Shown here piece after piece: positions 15,701 through 27,571 of a stretch of DNA of 64,000 bases. Numbering within the stretch: position 1 is the stretch's first letter; each line of letters opens with the position of its first letter. Made by a program: the position numbers and the translations under genes. The DNA lies in NCBI GenBank assembly GCA_000388065.2, contig KB932201.1. One strand, given 5' to 3'. The DNA is from Fonticula alba ATCC 38817. Lineage: Eukaryota > Protista > Nucleariida. The notes under the pieces were generated by a model. That model was not told where the DNA came from and did not search any database. It saw nothing but the letters and a program-made list of their open reading frames with translations.

Positions 15701-16654
15701 CCTGCAAGGGAAGACCAGGAGGAGGAGGAGGAGAAGGAGAAGGAGGAAGGAGTCGCACATCGTTGGGCGGGGTGGTAAAGTCGATGGAGGTGAGGTTGCA
15801 GTAGGACATGTCCAGCAGCATCAGGCTTGAGATCTGGTTGAGTGCCGTCGGGAAGGTCTCGAAGTCATTGTTGGACAGGTTCAGCAGGGTGAGGTTGCGG
15901 AGCTGGCTGATCTCCTGCGGGAGGGAGGTGATGCGATTGCACTTGGCATCCAACGACACGAGCGATGAGGCCAGGCGCTCGATGGCCGCCGGCAGGACGG
16001 CCAGCTGGTTGGAGGAAATGTTGAGCTGCTTGAGGTTTGGCACCGAGCAAACACCCTGTGGGAGAGTTGTATACTCGTTGCCGGAGAGCTGTGCGGATGG
16101 TGGAACCAAGGGGGGATAGAGAGAGAGAGAGAGAGAGAAAGATTAAGGAGTGAGCAGAAGCACATGAACCGTCCAGGGGCGAGGCAAAGGGAGGAAACGG
16201 GAAAAGGGTATGGCACGCACCTTCAGTGCGGTCAGACGCGTGCAGGCCTCGGCAAAGTCCGCTGGGAAGTCCAGCAGGATGTTGCCAGAGAGATTCATCT
16301 CCAGGATCTCGCTGGCTCGCGAGTGAAGCACCGGCGGGATGTAGGGCAGGTTCATGTTGGAAAAGTTCAAGTGCTGGATCTGCGACAGGCGAGTGATCTG
16401 CGCGGAGAAGTCCAGTGCCTGCTGCGAGTGCTGGTGCGACAGCAGGAACCAGAAACAATACCGGTGGTCCATGCGCATCTGCTCGCGAATCATGCTCTCC
16501 GGGCTGAAGCCCAGCTGCTCGATGAAGTGCCGGGTGATGACCATCGGCTTCTCGTGGGGGAGGAGCTGGCGCACTGTGCTCATGTCAAGGGTTCCCCGCG
16601 ATTGGAGAGAGCGAGAGAGCGAGAGAGAGAGAGAGAGAGAGAGANNNNNNNNNN

Positions 16655-16696
<42 letters not shown>

Positions 16697-18916
16697 CACA
16701 GTGGAGGGTCAGCAGGCGGCAGGGTGGGAAAGCTCAATGAGACGGGCGCAAGGGAAGGGGCGGGGACGCACTTCGGCCCTGGTGCACAAGGTACAAGGTC
16801 TGATTCTTGAGGGCGGGATTCTTCTTCTGCAGGGAGGCCATCATGGTCTGCACGGTTGACCCGTAGGGGATCTTAATGGCACGGTAGTCATTTTGGGTGA
16901 TGTAGAGCCGAAGAAGCTGCGGGAGGCGCGCCAAGCGAGAGGGAGCGAAGAGCCAAAGCAAGCGTCAGATGAGGTGCCAGACAGAGGGGCATCCCGGAAA
17001 GGGGGGCGCCGGGCAAGGAGGGAGCGACGCCCGGACAGAAGCGTGGGCGCACGTAGAAAGAGTCATCCTCGTCAGTGGTGGCTTCAGTGAACTCGGGCTG
17101 CAGATCCGGCAGCTCGAGCTTGGTGCTCAGGAGGGCAGCAACCGCATTATCCGGGGCGGTGCCGGACGACGCGTCGGAGCTCGGCGTCGAGAAGGCCAAC
17201 GGCGCGCCAGGACCGACACGCCACGAGTCCGGCGGTTGCCAGTGCCCACGAGTGTCCTCCAAGACCTCGGCATCGAACTCGAAGTCGGTGTATGTCGTCG
17301 TCTCGGAAGTGTCTGCGCGAAGGGGTGTCGGTGCGTGAAGCGTGAGCATGCATGCGCATATGTGCGTGTATGTGTGTGTGTGTGTGTGGGGAAGAGAGAG
17401 GCGAGGCGAGGCGAGGCGAGACAGGGGGAAAGGAAAGGCGATGGTGAGCAATAACGACAACACGATGCTCAGGGGTGAGGGCATGCGCACCGATCTCATT
17501 GGCGGAGCTCTTGCGCCGGTCGCCGCGCTTGCGGCCCTTCTTCTTGTCACTCGGGATCGCCAGGTGGGAGAAGTCGTCTGTGCGACGGATGGCGCGGAGG
17601 TTAGAGACGGGGCAAGGGGGAGGGGGGGGGGGGGGGGGGAAGAAGTCCAGGAGGCGCCTGTAAGCGCTGCCAGGGCGCACCGTCGAGGCTGTCCCCGCGT
17701 GAGGGGGAAACCCCAAGGCTAGAACGACCGTGAATGCCCGGCCCCATGGGGCCGTCAACCGTGGAGGGCGACGAGGGCGAAATGAGAGCCGTCTTGATCA
17801 TGCTAAAAATGCTCTTCCGCCGGTGAAGGCTCTTTGGCTGCTGCCAGATGGAGTTGAGCGGGCGGGGCACGGGAACATGGCGGAGCTCTCAGGTGTCAGA
17901 CCGGACATACACATGCACATGAAGGAGGAAAGAGAGAAGGACAGAGAGAGAGAGAGAGAGGCAGTCCGGGCCCGGGTGTCGGCGGTCGTACCCCGTCACG
18001 AATATCATGGAAGGAGGCCCGGCGGGAGTTGATGCCGGGCGGGGCACCCGGAACCGCGGTGACCCCGGTGGTCGAGGGCCCGGAGAAGGAGCTTGACGCA
18101 CGCTGGACCACAGGGCGAGGGGGCTGATACGGCGAGGTGGGCGAGTGGTTGCCCTGGATGCGAGTGGCCAGCGGGTGGCTGGCATTCAGGGGCGATGAGT
18201 GGGGCAGGCCGGTGGGCGAGGGGGATCCGGCGGCCGAGGAAGCCGCGGAGGAGGCCATCGTCGGTGGGATTGACCCTGGCGAGGGGGCAGAAATATCATC
18301 GGTGCTGGTGGAATCGGTGGCCGGCGGAGGCTCGGTGGCTGCGCGTGGGGGGCGCGGCGAGCCGCTTGGTGTCGAGGCGCCCGAAATCGATGGCGATCCG
18401 GACAGCGATCCGGGCACGACGGCCGGAGAGCCGCTGGCAGCCAAATAAGGAGCCCTGCCGGCGGCGGTCATCGTGGCTGGAGGGGGAATCTGTTGATCCA
18501 TGTCAGAGTCGGACTCGGAGGAGATATAGCTCCCGCGCTGGGCCTCGCCGAGGAAATCCGCCTGAAGGGTGGCCAGATTGGGGCTGGAAGAAGCTCGGAA
18601 GGAACCCATCGAGCTCAGCGAATCTGCGTACCGGGGAAAGAGCAGAGAGGCAAGCGAGGGGAGGCACAAGGTGAGACGGGGGCAGGGAGGGAGGGAGGGA
18701 GGAAGGAAGGGAGGGAGGGAGAAAGGAAGGGGAGAANNNNNNNNNNNNNNNNNNNNNNNNNNNNNNNNNNNNNNNNNNNNNNNNNNNNNNNNNNNNNNNN
18801 NNNNNNNNNNNNNNNNAGGGAGGGAGGGAGGGAGGAAGGGAGGAAGGGGGAGAGAGCATACTTGACGAGGAGGAAAGCTCCTCGGCGATTGGTGGCAGAG
18901 TCAGATCCATTGCCAT
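9775..18916 (-). CDS. CYR1: Fungal-type (CYR1-like) adenylate cyclase: S/P-rich N-terminus, RA domain, LRRs, PP2C-like domain, class III cyclase, long low-complexity tail; multi-exon
   Basis: Cyclase motifs: [66 protein letters not shown]. PP2C-like region: FCLFEG, NDEFIIMGCSGFW, ASQKLRDYAISYG. Many LxxLxLxxNxL repeats at about 16400-14620. RA-like region LRLYITQNDYRAIKIPYGSTV..RQLLPHEKP, preceded by WQPPDSW. TGA stop at 9777-9775. First coding exon 18916-18862 (MAMDLTLPPIAEEL); the start is tentative. Confidence 0.93.
10192..10245 (-). repeat. Coding hexanucleotide repeat encoding (Thr-Ala)n in the adenylate cyclase tail
   Basis: Tandem (GGTGGC)n on the + strand translates as TATATATATATATAT on the - strand. 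Confidence 0.9.
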
Positions 18917-18963
18917 GATGCCAACGTCAAGGATCCGGATCGCGGGAGAGTGGGGGAGGGGGG

Positions 18964-19146
18964 CTATGCGCGCGCGCACACACACACACACTCACACACG
19001 CTCGGATACAGACAGACACACACACACACAGGGGGAGGGACTGCATCGGTGACAAGGGCGGAAAGAGAGCGCATGGGTGGGTGGAGGGGAGTGGTGAGCG
19101 GCGGCATGGTCGGTCGAGATCCGGGCAGATCGGCCAGCTGACGCAC
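18964..19146 (-). other. Putative 5'-UTR intron of the adenylate cyclase gene
   Basis: On the minus strand there is a donor CCG|GTGCGT at 19146 (the commonest donor in this window), a (TG)n-rich body and an acceptor GCGCATAG at 18964, 47 nt upstream of the ATG at 18916. Confidence 0.5.
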
Positions 19147-20059
19147 CGGACACAAGTGGTGGCCTCCTTCTTTCGGATGGGAGCCGGCGCGTGGCACTAT
19201 CTCTCTTTCTCTCGTGCTTGGTCTCTCGGGCTCTCTCTCTCTCTCTTTCGCGAGGGCGCGAGCGCGAACGCGCACCGGGAAGGGGAGCGGGGGTGCGCCT
19301 TCGGCCTGCACGAGGGAGGGGAGGGAGGCAGGCGGTGTCGCAGGCGGGGGCGGGGGGAAGGGCGGGCAGTAGGGAGGAGAGAGGGGGCGGAACAGGAGGG
19401 TGGGGTGGGGGGGCAAAGAGTAGTGGTGGGTGGCGGAAGGGGGCAGGCAGGGCAGGCGGATCGGCAAGGGGGGGGGGGATGGAGAGATTAGGTGCCGGCG
19501 ATGGGCCGGCGGGCCCCGGGCTGCTCCCTGGCCTCTGATTTAGGCATCGGGCGCGGACCGACCAGGGGCCAGGGCGACCCCGGGAAAGGGGCTGAGGCCC
19601 AGGCGGGTCGCTGGCCACCATGGCTGAGGGCCACGACGGTCAAGCCAGCTGGCGGGAGCGGGGGGGGGGGGGGCGGCGGCAGAGGGGGAACAGACCAGCC
19701 ACCAGGGGAGCCCACGGCGCCTGGTGGGGAGACTCGCCGGGCAAATGCATGCACACGCGTACGCACTCGGAGAGGGAGTTGTGGCAGCGGGGTCTGAAGG
19801 CGCCGGCAAGCAATGCGCTCGCGCGTGCACACACACACACACACAGGCACAAGGGCAGCTGCAAGGAGAGTTAATAAGCCCTGGCCAGGCATTGGGCGAG
19901 CATCTGTCGGTGGTCTCCTCAAAGCCACAGCCACTCGGGCTTCCAAACGGCAGACCGAAGTACGTGCGTTCCGTGGCGGCGGCCCGGCGGCTGCGGCTCC
20001 CCCCCCCCCGCCGGAGGGCGGTGGCACGGTCGGGACCGGTGGCTCGCGCTGCAACTCAT

Positions 20060-21183
20060 GGGTGGAAAAGCCCCAGCAGGGGGGGGAAGGGGGAACCGAC
20101 CGAGCGAGGATGCCCCCGGATGACCGGTGCACCCACAAGTAGCCGGCTTGGCCCCCATGTTGCGGAGCTCGCATTCTCGCCCTCCCACACACACGCACCG
20201 GCCCCTTGGCTCTCGGGTGTGTTGTGCAAAAGTGCTTGTAACGTTGGGTATGCAAGTGTACGTATGTATCTTTTTGCATGGGTACATGGGTGTGTCGGGG
20301 TGGACAGGCGGGCGGGGATCCATCCATCGCAGACATCCTCCCTACGGTAATGGGATCGCGAGGCCAGCCGTGTGTCCGTCCCTCCCCGGCATGCCGGCCG
20401 AAGCGCGCATGCGAACCCCTGCGAGACGGGCCCAGCCCTGTCCGGAAGGGCCGGAGGCGAGAGGATTAAGCCACGCGCCGGCAATGGCCAGACCATCGAA
20501 GCGCGCCGGCCGGAGCACGGCCGCCCCTCCTTGCTGCTCGCCCCCCCCCCCCCCGGTCCGGACGTTGCGGCCGCCCAAGCGACCACGGGCCACGGCTGAG
20601 GTCCCGACATGCACACTGCGGGTGACCCCTTGACCCTCGACCCCCGGCCCCCCCCCCCCGGCCCCCGGGCTCCGAGTTCCCGTGCCGGCTCCCCGGCCGG
20701 AAGAGGTTGGAGTCGCGCGGACAGCTCTCAGGACGCTCAGGAGCCTGAGGGGACATGGCTGACAGACGCCTATGCGTCCTCACCGGCAACCGGGGCCCAC
20801 CCCGGGGAGGACACATTGGGCGCCCTGGACACGGGCGCCCATGTCCCAATCGTCCGGGGAAACGAGGCATTCGGTGGTCCAAGGGGGGGCGGCATCAGGA
20901 ACTCACACCGGATTCCCCCCTCCCCGCCCACCGCCGCCCCCGTGCCCCTGCCCCGACCTACCCGGCGGCGAAAAGCACCCCACTCCCGGGGGGAAGCGGG
21001 GGGGGGGGGCGAGAAAGGGGGATCACACTCTGTCCTCCCCCCCCCCCCNNNNNNNNNNNNNNNNNNNNNNNNNNNNNNNNNNNNNNNNNNNNNNNNNNNN
21101 NNNNNNNNNNNNNNNNNNNNNNNNNNNNNNNNNNNNNNNNNNNNNNGGGTGGAAAAGCCCCAGCAGGGGGGGGAAGGGGGAAC
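20060..21183 (+). repeat. Exact 37-bp direct repeat with copies at 20060-20096 and 21147-21183
   Basis: GGGTGGAAAAGCCCCAGCAGGGGGGGGAAGGGGGAAC is identical in both places. The second copy starts exactly at the edge of the N-gap 21049-21146. Confidence 0.85.
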
Positions 21184-24100
21184 AACAACCCGCACCCCCC
21201 CCCCCCCCCCCCAAACCGATGGGCCTGCCAGCCAGGTAGGAGGGGCCAGGTCCCGCGGCGGGTCTCGCCTCCTTCAGGGGGAGCCGCTCCCCCTGGTGTG
21301 TGTGTGTGTGTGTGTGCATGTCGGAGCATGCTGGAGCGGGATGGTAGAGGGGGATGGCAGGCCGGTACCTGGCCCATGCGCGGCACCTACGGCGCCTTGG
21401 GCACCGGGCCGCCGCCACTTGGCAAGGGGCCGGTGGCAAGCGTAAACTAAACCTCATCCCAGGAGAATAATGAGAGCATGCGTATATGTGTGTGTGGGTA
21501 TGTATGCCCGCGCGCAGGTATGCATGCCAGCGGCTCATGCACGAACCGCCAGCCTCTCCTGCTTGGACTTGCCTCGAGATGTTGCCATAGCGATCTTGCC
21601 CTTTGCCGTGGAGCCGCGGGCGCCCTTCCCACCCCGGGACATGCCGGGGAAAATGAAAGTGCGACGACTTGCGGCGGGGGCCGGCCGCTTGCCCGGCCCG
21701 GGGTGGGCTTTCGGGAAACAACCAGGCAAGCGGGCCTCGGGCAGAGACGGGCAGGCCGACGTCCGCGGCTTAGGGGACCCCTCGCCGGAGGGAGGACCGA
21801 TGCCTGGACGCAGTCCCGCCGGGGGATGAGCGTGCGCGGGTGTGTCCGCCAAGCGGGCGCGCATGCGGGGCCGGCTGCGAGCACATGGGCGAGAGCGTGG
21901 GGCGGGAGGGGGAGGGGGGGCGGGGGCAGCTGAGTGACCGGCCCCGACCACGTCCCGAGGGTGGGAAAAGACCCCGAGACGAGGGACGATGGGAAGGTGT
22001 GTCCCTGGCTCCCGGGCGTCCGACCGTCCCCGGCGCCCCGCCCGCCCCCCGGGAAGCGACTTGGAGAAGAACAACCGGCCTGAATATGGAGAATGGGCGA
22101 CCCGGGATCTGGTAGTGTGTCCCCAACCCGGCTACACCAAACAAAGGTCGCTATGTTCGTCGCCCCTCGGGGGGGGGGGCGCGGAAGAGAAGGAGGGCGT
22201 TGGAGTTAGCCCGGGCGCAGTCCGCCGGCCCATCTCACAAGCCCGGAGGGCGCCTTTGTCCTTGCTGGAGGAATGCGGCGGGCGTTTCCAGGGGAGGGCT
22301 CTTACGGGAAGGGGAGGGGGGGGGGCTACAGCCGGCAAAAGCACCCGACCGGCGGGGTAATCCATTCAAAATACGCAATATTTATTCCCCAGTAGCGGAG
22401 GCAAGGTATGCAGCAAATGCATGATGGGCTCCGTGGATGGTCCTCCCTGGAGCGGGCCTTTGGGGCTCGAGCTCCATCGGGGGCGCGAGTGAGTGATATT
22501 CTGCGGGGGACATCTGGCGCGAGGGCGCCCTCAGGGGAGGGGTGTGTGTGTGTGTGTGTGTGTGCATGTGTGCTCCTCGCTGAGAAGGGACCGGCAGGGA
22601 GCGGGAGCAGGGTCTTCCAGGAAACCGCGGCCCCAGGGGCACACAGGCCTGACACGGGCGGGCGCGGGGGGGGGGGGGGGGGAGGGGCGCGTTGCTTTTT
22701 CTCTCGCGCGGATCTAGCGACTACTCCCTTCGGCCGCGCCAGCCTCCGATCCCCCCTTGGCCGGCCGACGGCCGGGCTGGGCGCACGTGCGTGTGCTCCA
22801 TCCCGCCTCTGCCGGCGGGTGGCCTCCAGCACTCGTCCGGACGGGCGCGTGCCGGAAGCGTTGCCTCCCCCCCCCCCCCAGCGTCCATTGCCCCCCTCTT
22901 GAGGGGGTGGTAAGGCCCCCAAGATGGTTGAGCGGCTGGCGCATGCCGATTCCTCGAAAATGACTGGCCGAGTCGGTGGCGGGCGGGCGGGAGTACGCGA
23001 CTGCCAGAGCCCCTGGGACACACAGCATGTCGGCACCCTGGGCGGGCCGGCCCATGCGCCACAAAGGGCAACACCAAAGGGCAGGACACGGGAGCAAGAA
23101 AGGGAAGAAGGAAAAGCCCGACTCCCTCGCCAAAAGCCCGGGGGGGGGGGGGGGGGGGGGGGGGCCATGCAGGACCACCCCGTCCTCCGTGGCATATTGT
23201 GAAATGGGCGCCGGCGGTCAGGCCGGTAGTTGAATTTCGGATAGCAGACCACCCTACGGGGACTGAGGGGCGCGGCGGCGCGGCGGGGGGGGGAGCACCC
23301 CCGATGCTCGAGGCCTCGCACCTGACGCTGGTCCTCCTGTGTGCGCGGCTCCGTCGCGCACGCTGATGTTGGTCCCTGCGCCGACACGGCGGGGGCATGG
23401 CCCAGCCTGGCCCTCTCGCCTGGCTGCAGAAGGGTGGGGCCATCTGCCCCTCTTCGGGGGAAGGGAGAGGCATGCCGCCAAACAGCATGGCGACTCGTGG
23501 GCCGGTCCGCGGCGAGCTGGCTCGCCCCCACCCTGCCGCAGGACCCGATAAACAAAGACCCCAGCTCCGGCGGACCCATCGCGCCCGACCACCGGTCCTC
23601 CCCCCCCCCCCCCCCCCCGTGGTTGGAGATGACCCTGCCCCCCCCCCAATCCCCCCGCCGCTCGGGGCCCCATGCAGGGACAACGGCGGGATGACCCCCT
23701 CCCCGTCCCCCGCCCCCCACGGCACCCAGCGCGGTGTGGCCTGTCTTCCGCCCAAGACCCGGGGCCGAAGCCCCTCACGGTGGCCGGGCGATCGGCAGCC
23801 TTTTTTCCGACAGGGCGCCGCGTCCCCGACAGGCCGGGCGCTATCGACTCCGCCCCCTCCCCTGGTCAGAGGAAAACTCACCGGAGAGTCTTGTGCGAGA
23901 GAACGAGAGGGAGAGAGAGAGAGAAGACCCCGGCGAGGGCGTACCCAGAGTGCATGCCAGGTGCGGGGGAGGGGGCGGGGGGGGGAAAGTTGCTTCGCCC
24001 GCGGCATGGCTTCCCCCTCGGCCTGCATCTTGGGGGGAAAATTCGCCAGCCGTACATCGTCTCGACCCCTCTTTGACCAAAGGCCACTTATGCCGTCCCG

Positions 24101-24570
24101 CCAGGAGGCAGGCCGAGCCCCGAAGGGTACAACACACCCGTGCCCCTTGCATGAATCAAAATGCGGGGGCGGCCGCAAGGAGGCAATATCGCCCACCGCC
24201 CGCCCCCCCCCCCCGGGCGTCTGGTCAGGGGGCTGCAGCCGAGGCGCTCCTGTCACAAATCGCCCTGCCAAGAGGGATCACCTGGCACATGCGACACCCG
24301 CACCCACATCACGTTCGACTGTACTCCGGCCCCCTTTTTTGTCTGGGTCTGTCCCCGAACGCGCGTATGTGCGCGCCGTGCCGCACCCCCCCCCCTCGCC
24401 TCTTGGCCATCCCCAGAGAAGAGAGAGGCATAGCCGGAAAAAGGAAAAAGAGCCACCGACGTGGTCACAGCCACAGCCTGGGCCCCAGTTCTCTTACTCC
24501 CCCCCTCCTCTCTTCTTGCCCCTCTCTCCCCCCCCCCCGCTTTCCCTCCCCGCCCCCCTGGTTCTCGACA

Positions 24571-24909
24571 ATGTCGTCAGTGGAGCCCTCAACTCCCTCG
24601 TCCCAGGCTCCGGCGTACGCTTCCGAAGTCAGCGTTGTCCACAGTGAGGCCCTCTTGCGGAGGTACCCCTCCCCGCCGGCTCCCCCTTCGCTGGAGGGAG
24701 CCATTGCCACGCTCTTCGATCCGGCCGATCCTTCCTACCGTGCGGCCCCGGTGGACTTCCCCTACGGTGTCCCACGTTGGAGCAAATCCCGGCAGCAGTG
24801 TGTCTCGACCAAGCCCTTCCCCCAGGGCTTCCGAGTTCAGGCCGACCCGGACGAAGTGGACGTCCCGGATGCCGGGCCGGCTGCCGCTTCCACCGGCGCC
24901 CGGTCCTAG
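24571..24909 (+). CDS. Hypothetical 112-aa protein, single exon, no recognised family
   Basis: The ORF reads MSSVEPSTPSSQAPAYASEVSVVHSEALLRRYPSPP...DFPYGVPRWSKSRQQCVSTKPFPQGFRVQADPDEV. It follows a pyrimidine-rich leader like those before other genes here, has C/G-ending codon bias, and is followed by an A-rich tract at about 24998-25025. Confidence 0.55.
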   Translation: MSSVEPSTPSSQAPAYASEVSVVHSEALLRRYPSPPAPPSLEGAIATLFDPADPSYRAAPVDFPYGVPRWSKSRQQCVSTKPFPQGFRVQADPDEVDVPDAGPAAASTGARS

Positions 24910-26026
24910 TGTCGTATCCCGCCGTCGCGGTGCTGACCCGGAGGCGTTCGTCCTTCCTCTTCCCCCTGACTCTCTTCCTCTCGGTCTCCGCAATGGCAAA
25001 ATGATAAAAGAAAATAGAATAGAAACTCTCCGATCGTCCGCCCAGTTTTTCTTCCCGCCATCCGATTGAGAGAGAGCGCCAGCAGAGGGCAAGGTGGAAA
25101 GAGATGTGGGGCAGGAGGGCACCCGGAAAGTGCCAACGCCCATGAGGTCACAACGGACCCCAATCACACCACTGTCCACATGCCCGCAGCACGGCATTTC
25201 CGAGCATTCCGCAGGCTTTCCCCTTTTGGCGGTCGCCTCGACGACCTCCAGTTCCGGGGCCGATCAACACCGTTCAAGAGGGTTGGAATGGGGCGGCGAG
25301 GCGCGCGGGGGGCGGCACGGAGAACGTAGGTGTGTGTGAAGAAAGAAAGAAAGAGCGAGAGAAGCAGAAACGGAGGGCGCGCCAATCATCCCCCGGCGCC
25401 GGTACCCGAGGCTGGGCATAGACTCCGGGGCCTGGGGGCCATCGCACAAGCGGGGCTACATGAGTCTTGAGCGCGCTGCCTGATGTTACCGGAACTCTCT
25501 ACTCTATGAGGTGGCATGCCGGAGGCGCAAAACACCCCGCCCCCCTTCCAGGAGAAGTCTACCCAATCGGCGGGTCTTCGGATGCGGCCGCCAGGCGCCA
25601 TTCATGGGAGGGCACCAGGGAGCGTGTCTTCATCCCCCCCCCCCCTCCGTTCTCCCTGCCGAGATAGGAAGAGCCGATCAGGGACGGGCGGAGGAGGGCC
25701 CACCTCTTCACCCTTGCTGGCGTCCGTGGCTGGATGTCGTCCTGGCCGGGGGGGGGGGTCTCCGCGGGGCGCCTGCCTTGGCGCATTCCCCTGGCCGATT
25801 ACAGGCCGGCAGTTTCTCTCTCAGACTGGAAAGTAGAGGGGGGTGGAGGGGGGGGGCATCTGTCGCACAGTTTGGTTCAAAGCAAGCCTACGTCCCACCG
25901 GGCCCACCCCGGCTGCTACCCATGCACACCTCATTTCTCTCCCTCCCCCCTCCCCCCCCCGCGTTTTTCTCCCCTTCGTCGTTCTCCCTTCCCTCCTTTC
26001 CCTCCTTTCCCTGGGCTCCTCGCATC

Positions 26027-26402
26027 ATGAACCGCATCTTCGGAAGCAGCAGCAGCGCGGCCAAGGCTCCGCCCCCTTCGGCCGCCGACACTGTCAATCG
26101 GGTGCGCCTGCTGTCTCTTCCCCTGGGCCGATTGCCTGCCCAGCCCTCTTGCCCTGGGGCAACACCCACGCCTGACCGTTTGTCTTTCCGCTCCCCTTGC
26201 TGGCCACGCGCGCCGCATCTAGCTTGAGTCTCGGGCCGATGTTATTCAGGTGAAGATCGACAAGATTGACGCTGAGCTGAAGACCATCCAGACGCGTCTG
26301 TCCAAGATGACCGAGGGCTCGGCCAAGGTGCGTTTAACTCGCTGCTCCTGTCTTCCCCCTGCCCCCGCCCTCTGCTCCTCTGAAACGTGCATATTCACCG
26401 CC

Positions 26403-26440
<38 letters not shown>

Positions 26441-27193
26441 CCCCCCCCCTCTCGGCCTCTCTTACTGCGAATCCCCACAGCAACAACTCAAAAACAAGGC
26501 TATCATGCTGATTCGCCAGAAGCGCGGGTGCGTATGCATCTCCCTTGCTGATGTGTTTCCTCGGCTTCGCGCGCCTCTCCTTGTCTTGTGTCAACCCGCC
26601 ATCCATCTCACCTTCTTCTCTTCGACCGATCTCGTCTCTCTCTTTCTCTCCCTCTTTTTCTCCTCCTTTCTCTCCCTCTCGTTCTCTCTCTTTTCTTGGA
26701 CTCTCTTCCCTTCCTCTCCTCCCTCTCCCTTCAGATACGAGCAGCAGAAGAACTCCATGCTCCAGACGGCCTTCAGCGTGGACCAGGTTCAGATGACCAC
26801 CGAGAACCTTCGCCTCACCATCGACACGGTACGCTCTCCGCATGTGGCCCGCACCGCTTCGACCTCCCGTCTCTTTCTCGACCAACCCCCCACTCACTCT
26901 TCTGTTTCCGGTGGTGATCGGGGCTCACTCGCTTCCCCACAAACAGGCCCAGACCATGAAGCAGACTGCCAAGGACATGAAGCGTGAGTACAAGCGCCTC
27001 GATATCAACAAGATCGAGGCCATCCAGGACGACCTGCAGGACATGATGGACCAGGCCAACGAGATCCAAGAGATCATGGGCCGTGGGTATGATGTGCCGG
27101 ATTACATCGATGAGGCCGATCTCGAATCGGGTGCGTGTGGTTCTCCCTTCCTCCTCCCTTCCCCCCCCCCCCCCCCCCCCCCNNNNNNNNNNC

Positions 27194-27246
<53 letters not shown>

Positions 27247-27571
27247 CTTTCTTCCTATCCTCAGGGGCTGCACCCATCTCCTTCTCTGCATCTGCCTTGC
27301 TTCATCTTTTCTCACACCCATCGCGCCGGGTTCGATCTCTCTGCTGCACTTGCTCTTCCTCCCCCCCCCCCCCCCCCCCCATGGGTTCGATCTCTCTGCA
27401 GAGCTTGCCGGCCTTGGGGATACCCTCTTCGAGGACGCCGACGGCCTGCCCTCCTACCTGACCGAGAGCCTCCCGGCGCCCGCTTCCGGCACGATTGGGC
27501 TAGACAACGCCACCAAGGAGGGCCAGGCGGCGCAGCCGGCCACCGGGGAGCGTTTGCCCCAGCTGGTGTGA
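26027..27571 (+). CDS. VPS60: ESCRT-III associated protein Vps60/CHMP5 (Snf7 family); 6 exons, 224 aa
   Basis: Exons 26027-26101, 26223-26327, 26481-26527, 26735-26828, 26947-27130 and 27402-27571 join in frame (675 nt). Sequence: MNRIFG..LESRADVIQVKIDKIDAEL..LKNKAIMLIRQK..YEQQ..QTAFSVDQ..INKIEAIQDDLQDMMDQANEIQEIMGRGYDVPDYIDEADLESELAGL. Confidence 0.95.

Noticed and set aside
25066-25900. Possible small minus-strand gene between the orphan ORF and VPS60
   Set aside because: Some splice-like signals are present, but no exon chain gave a convincing, biased or recognisable protein.
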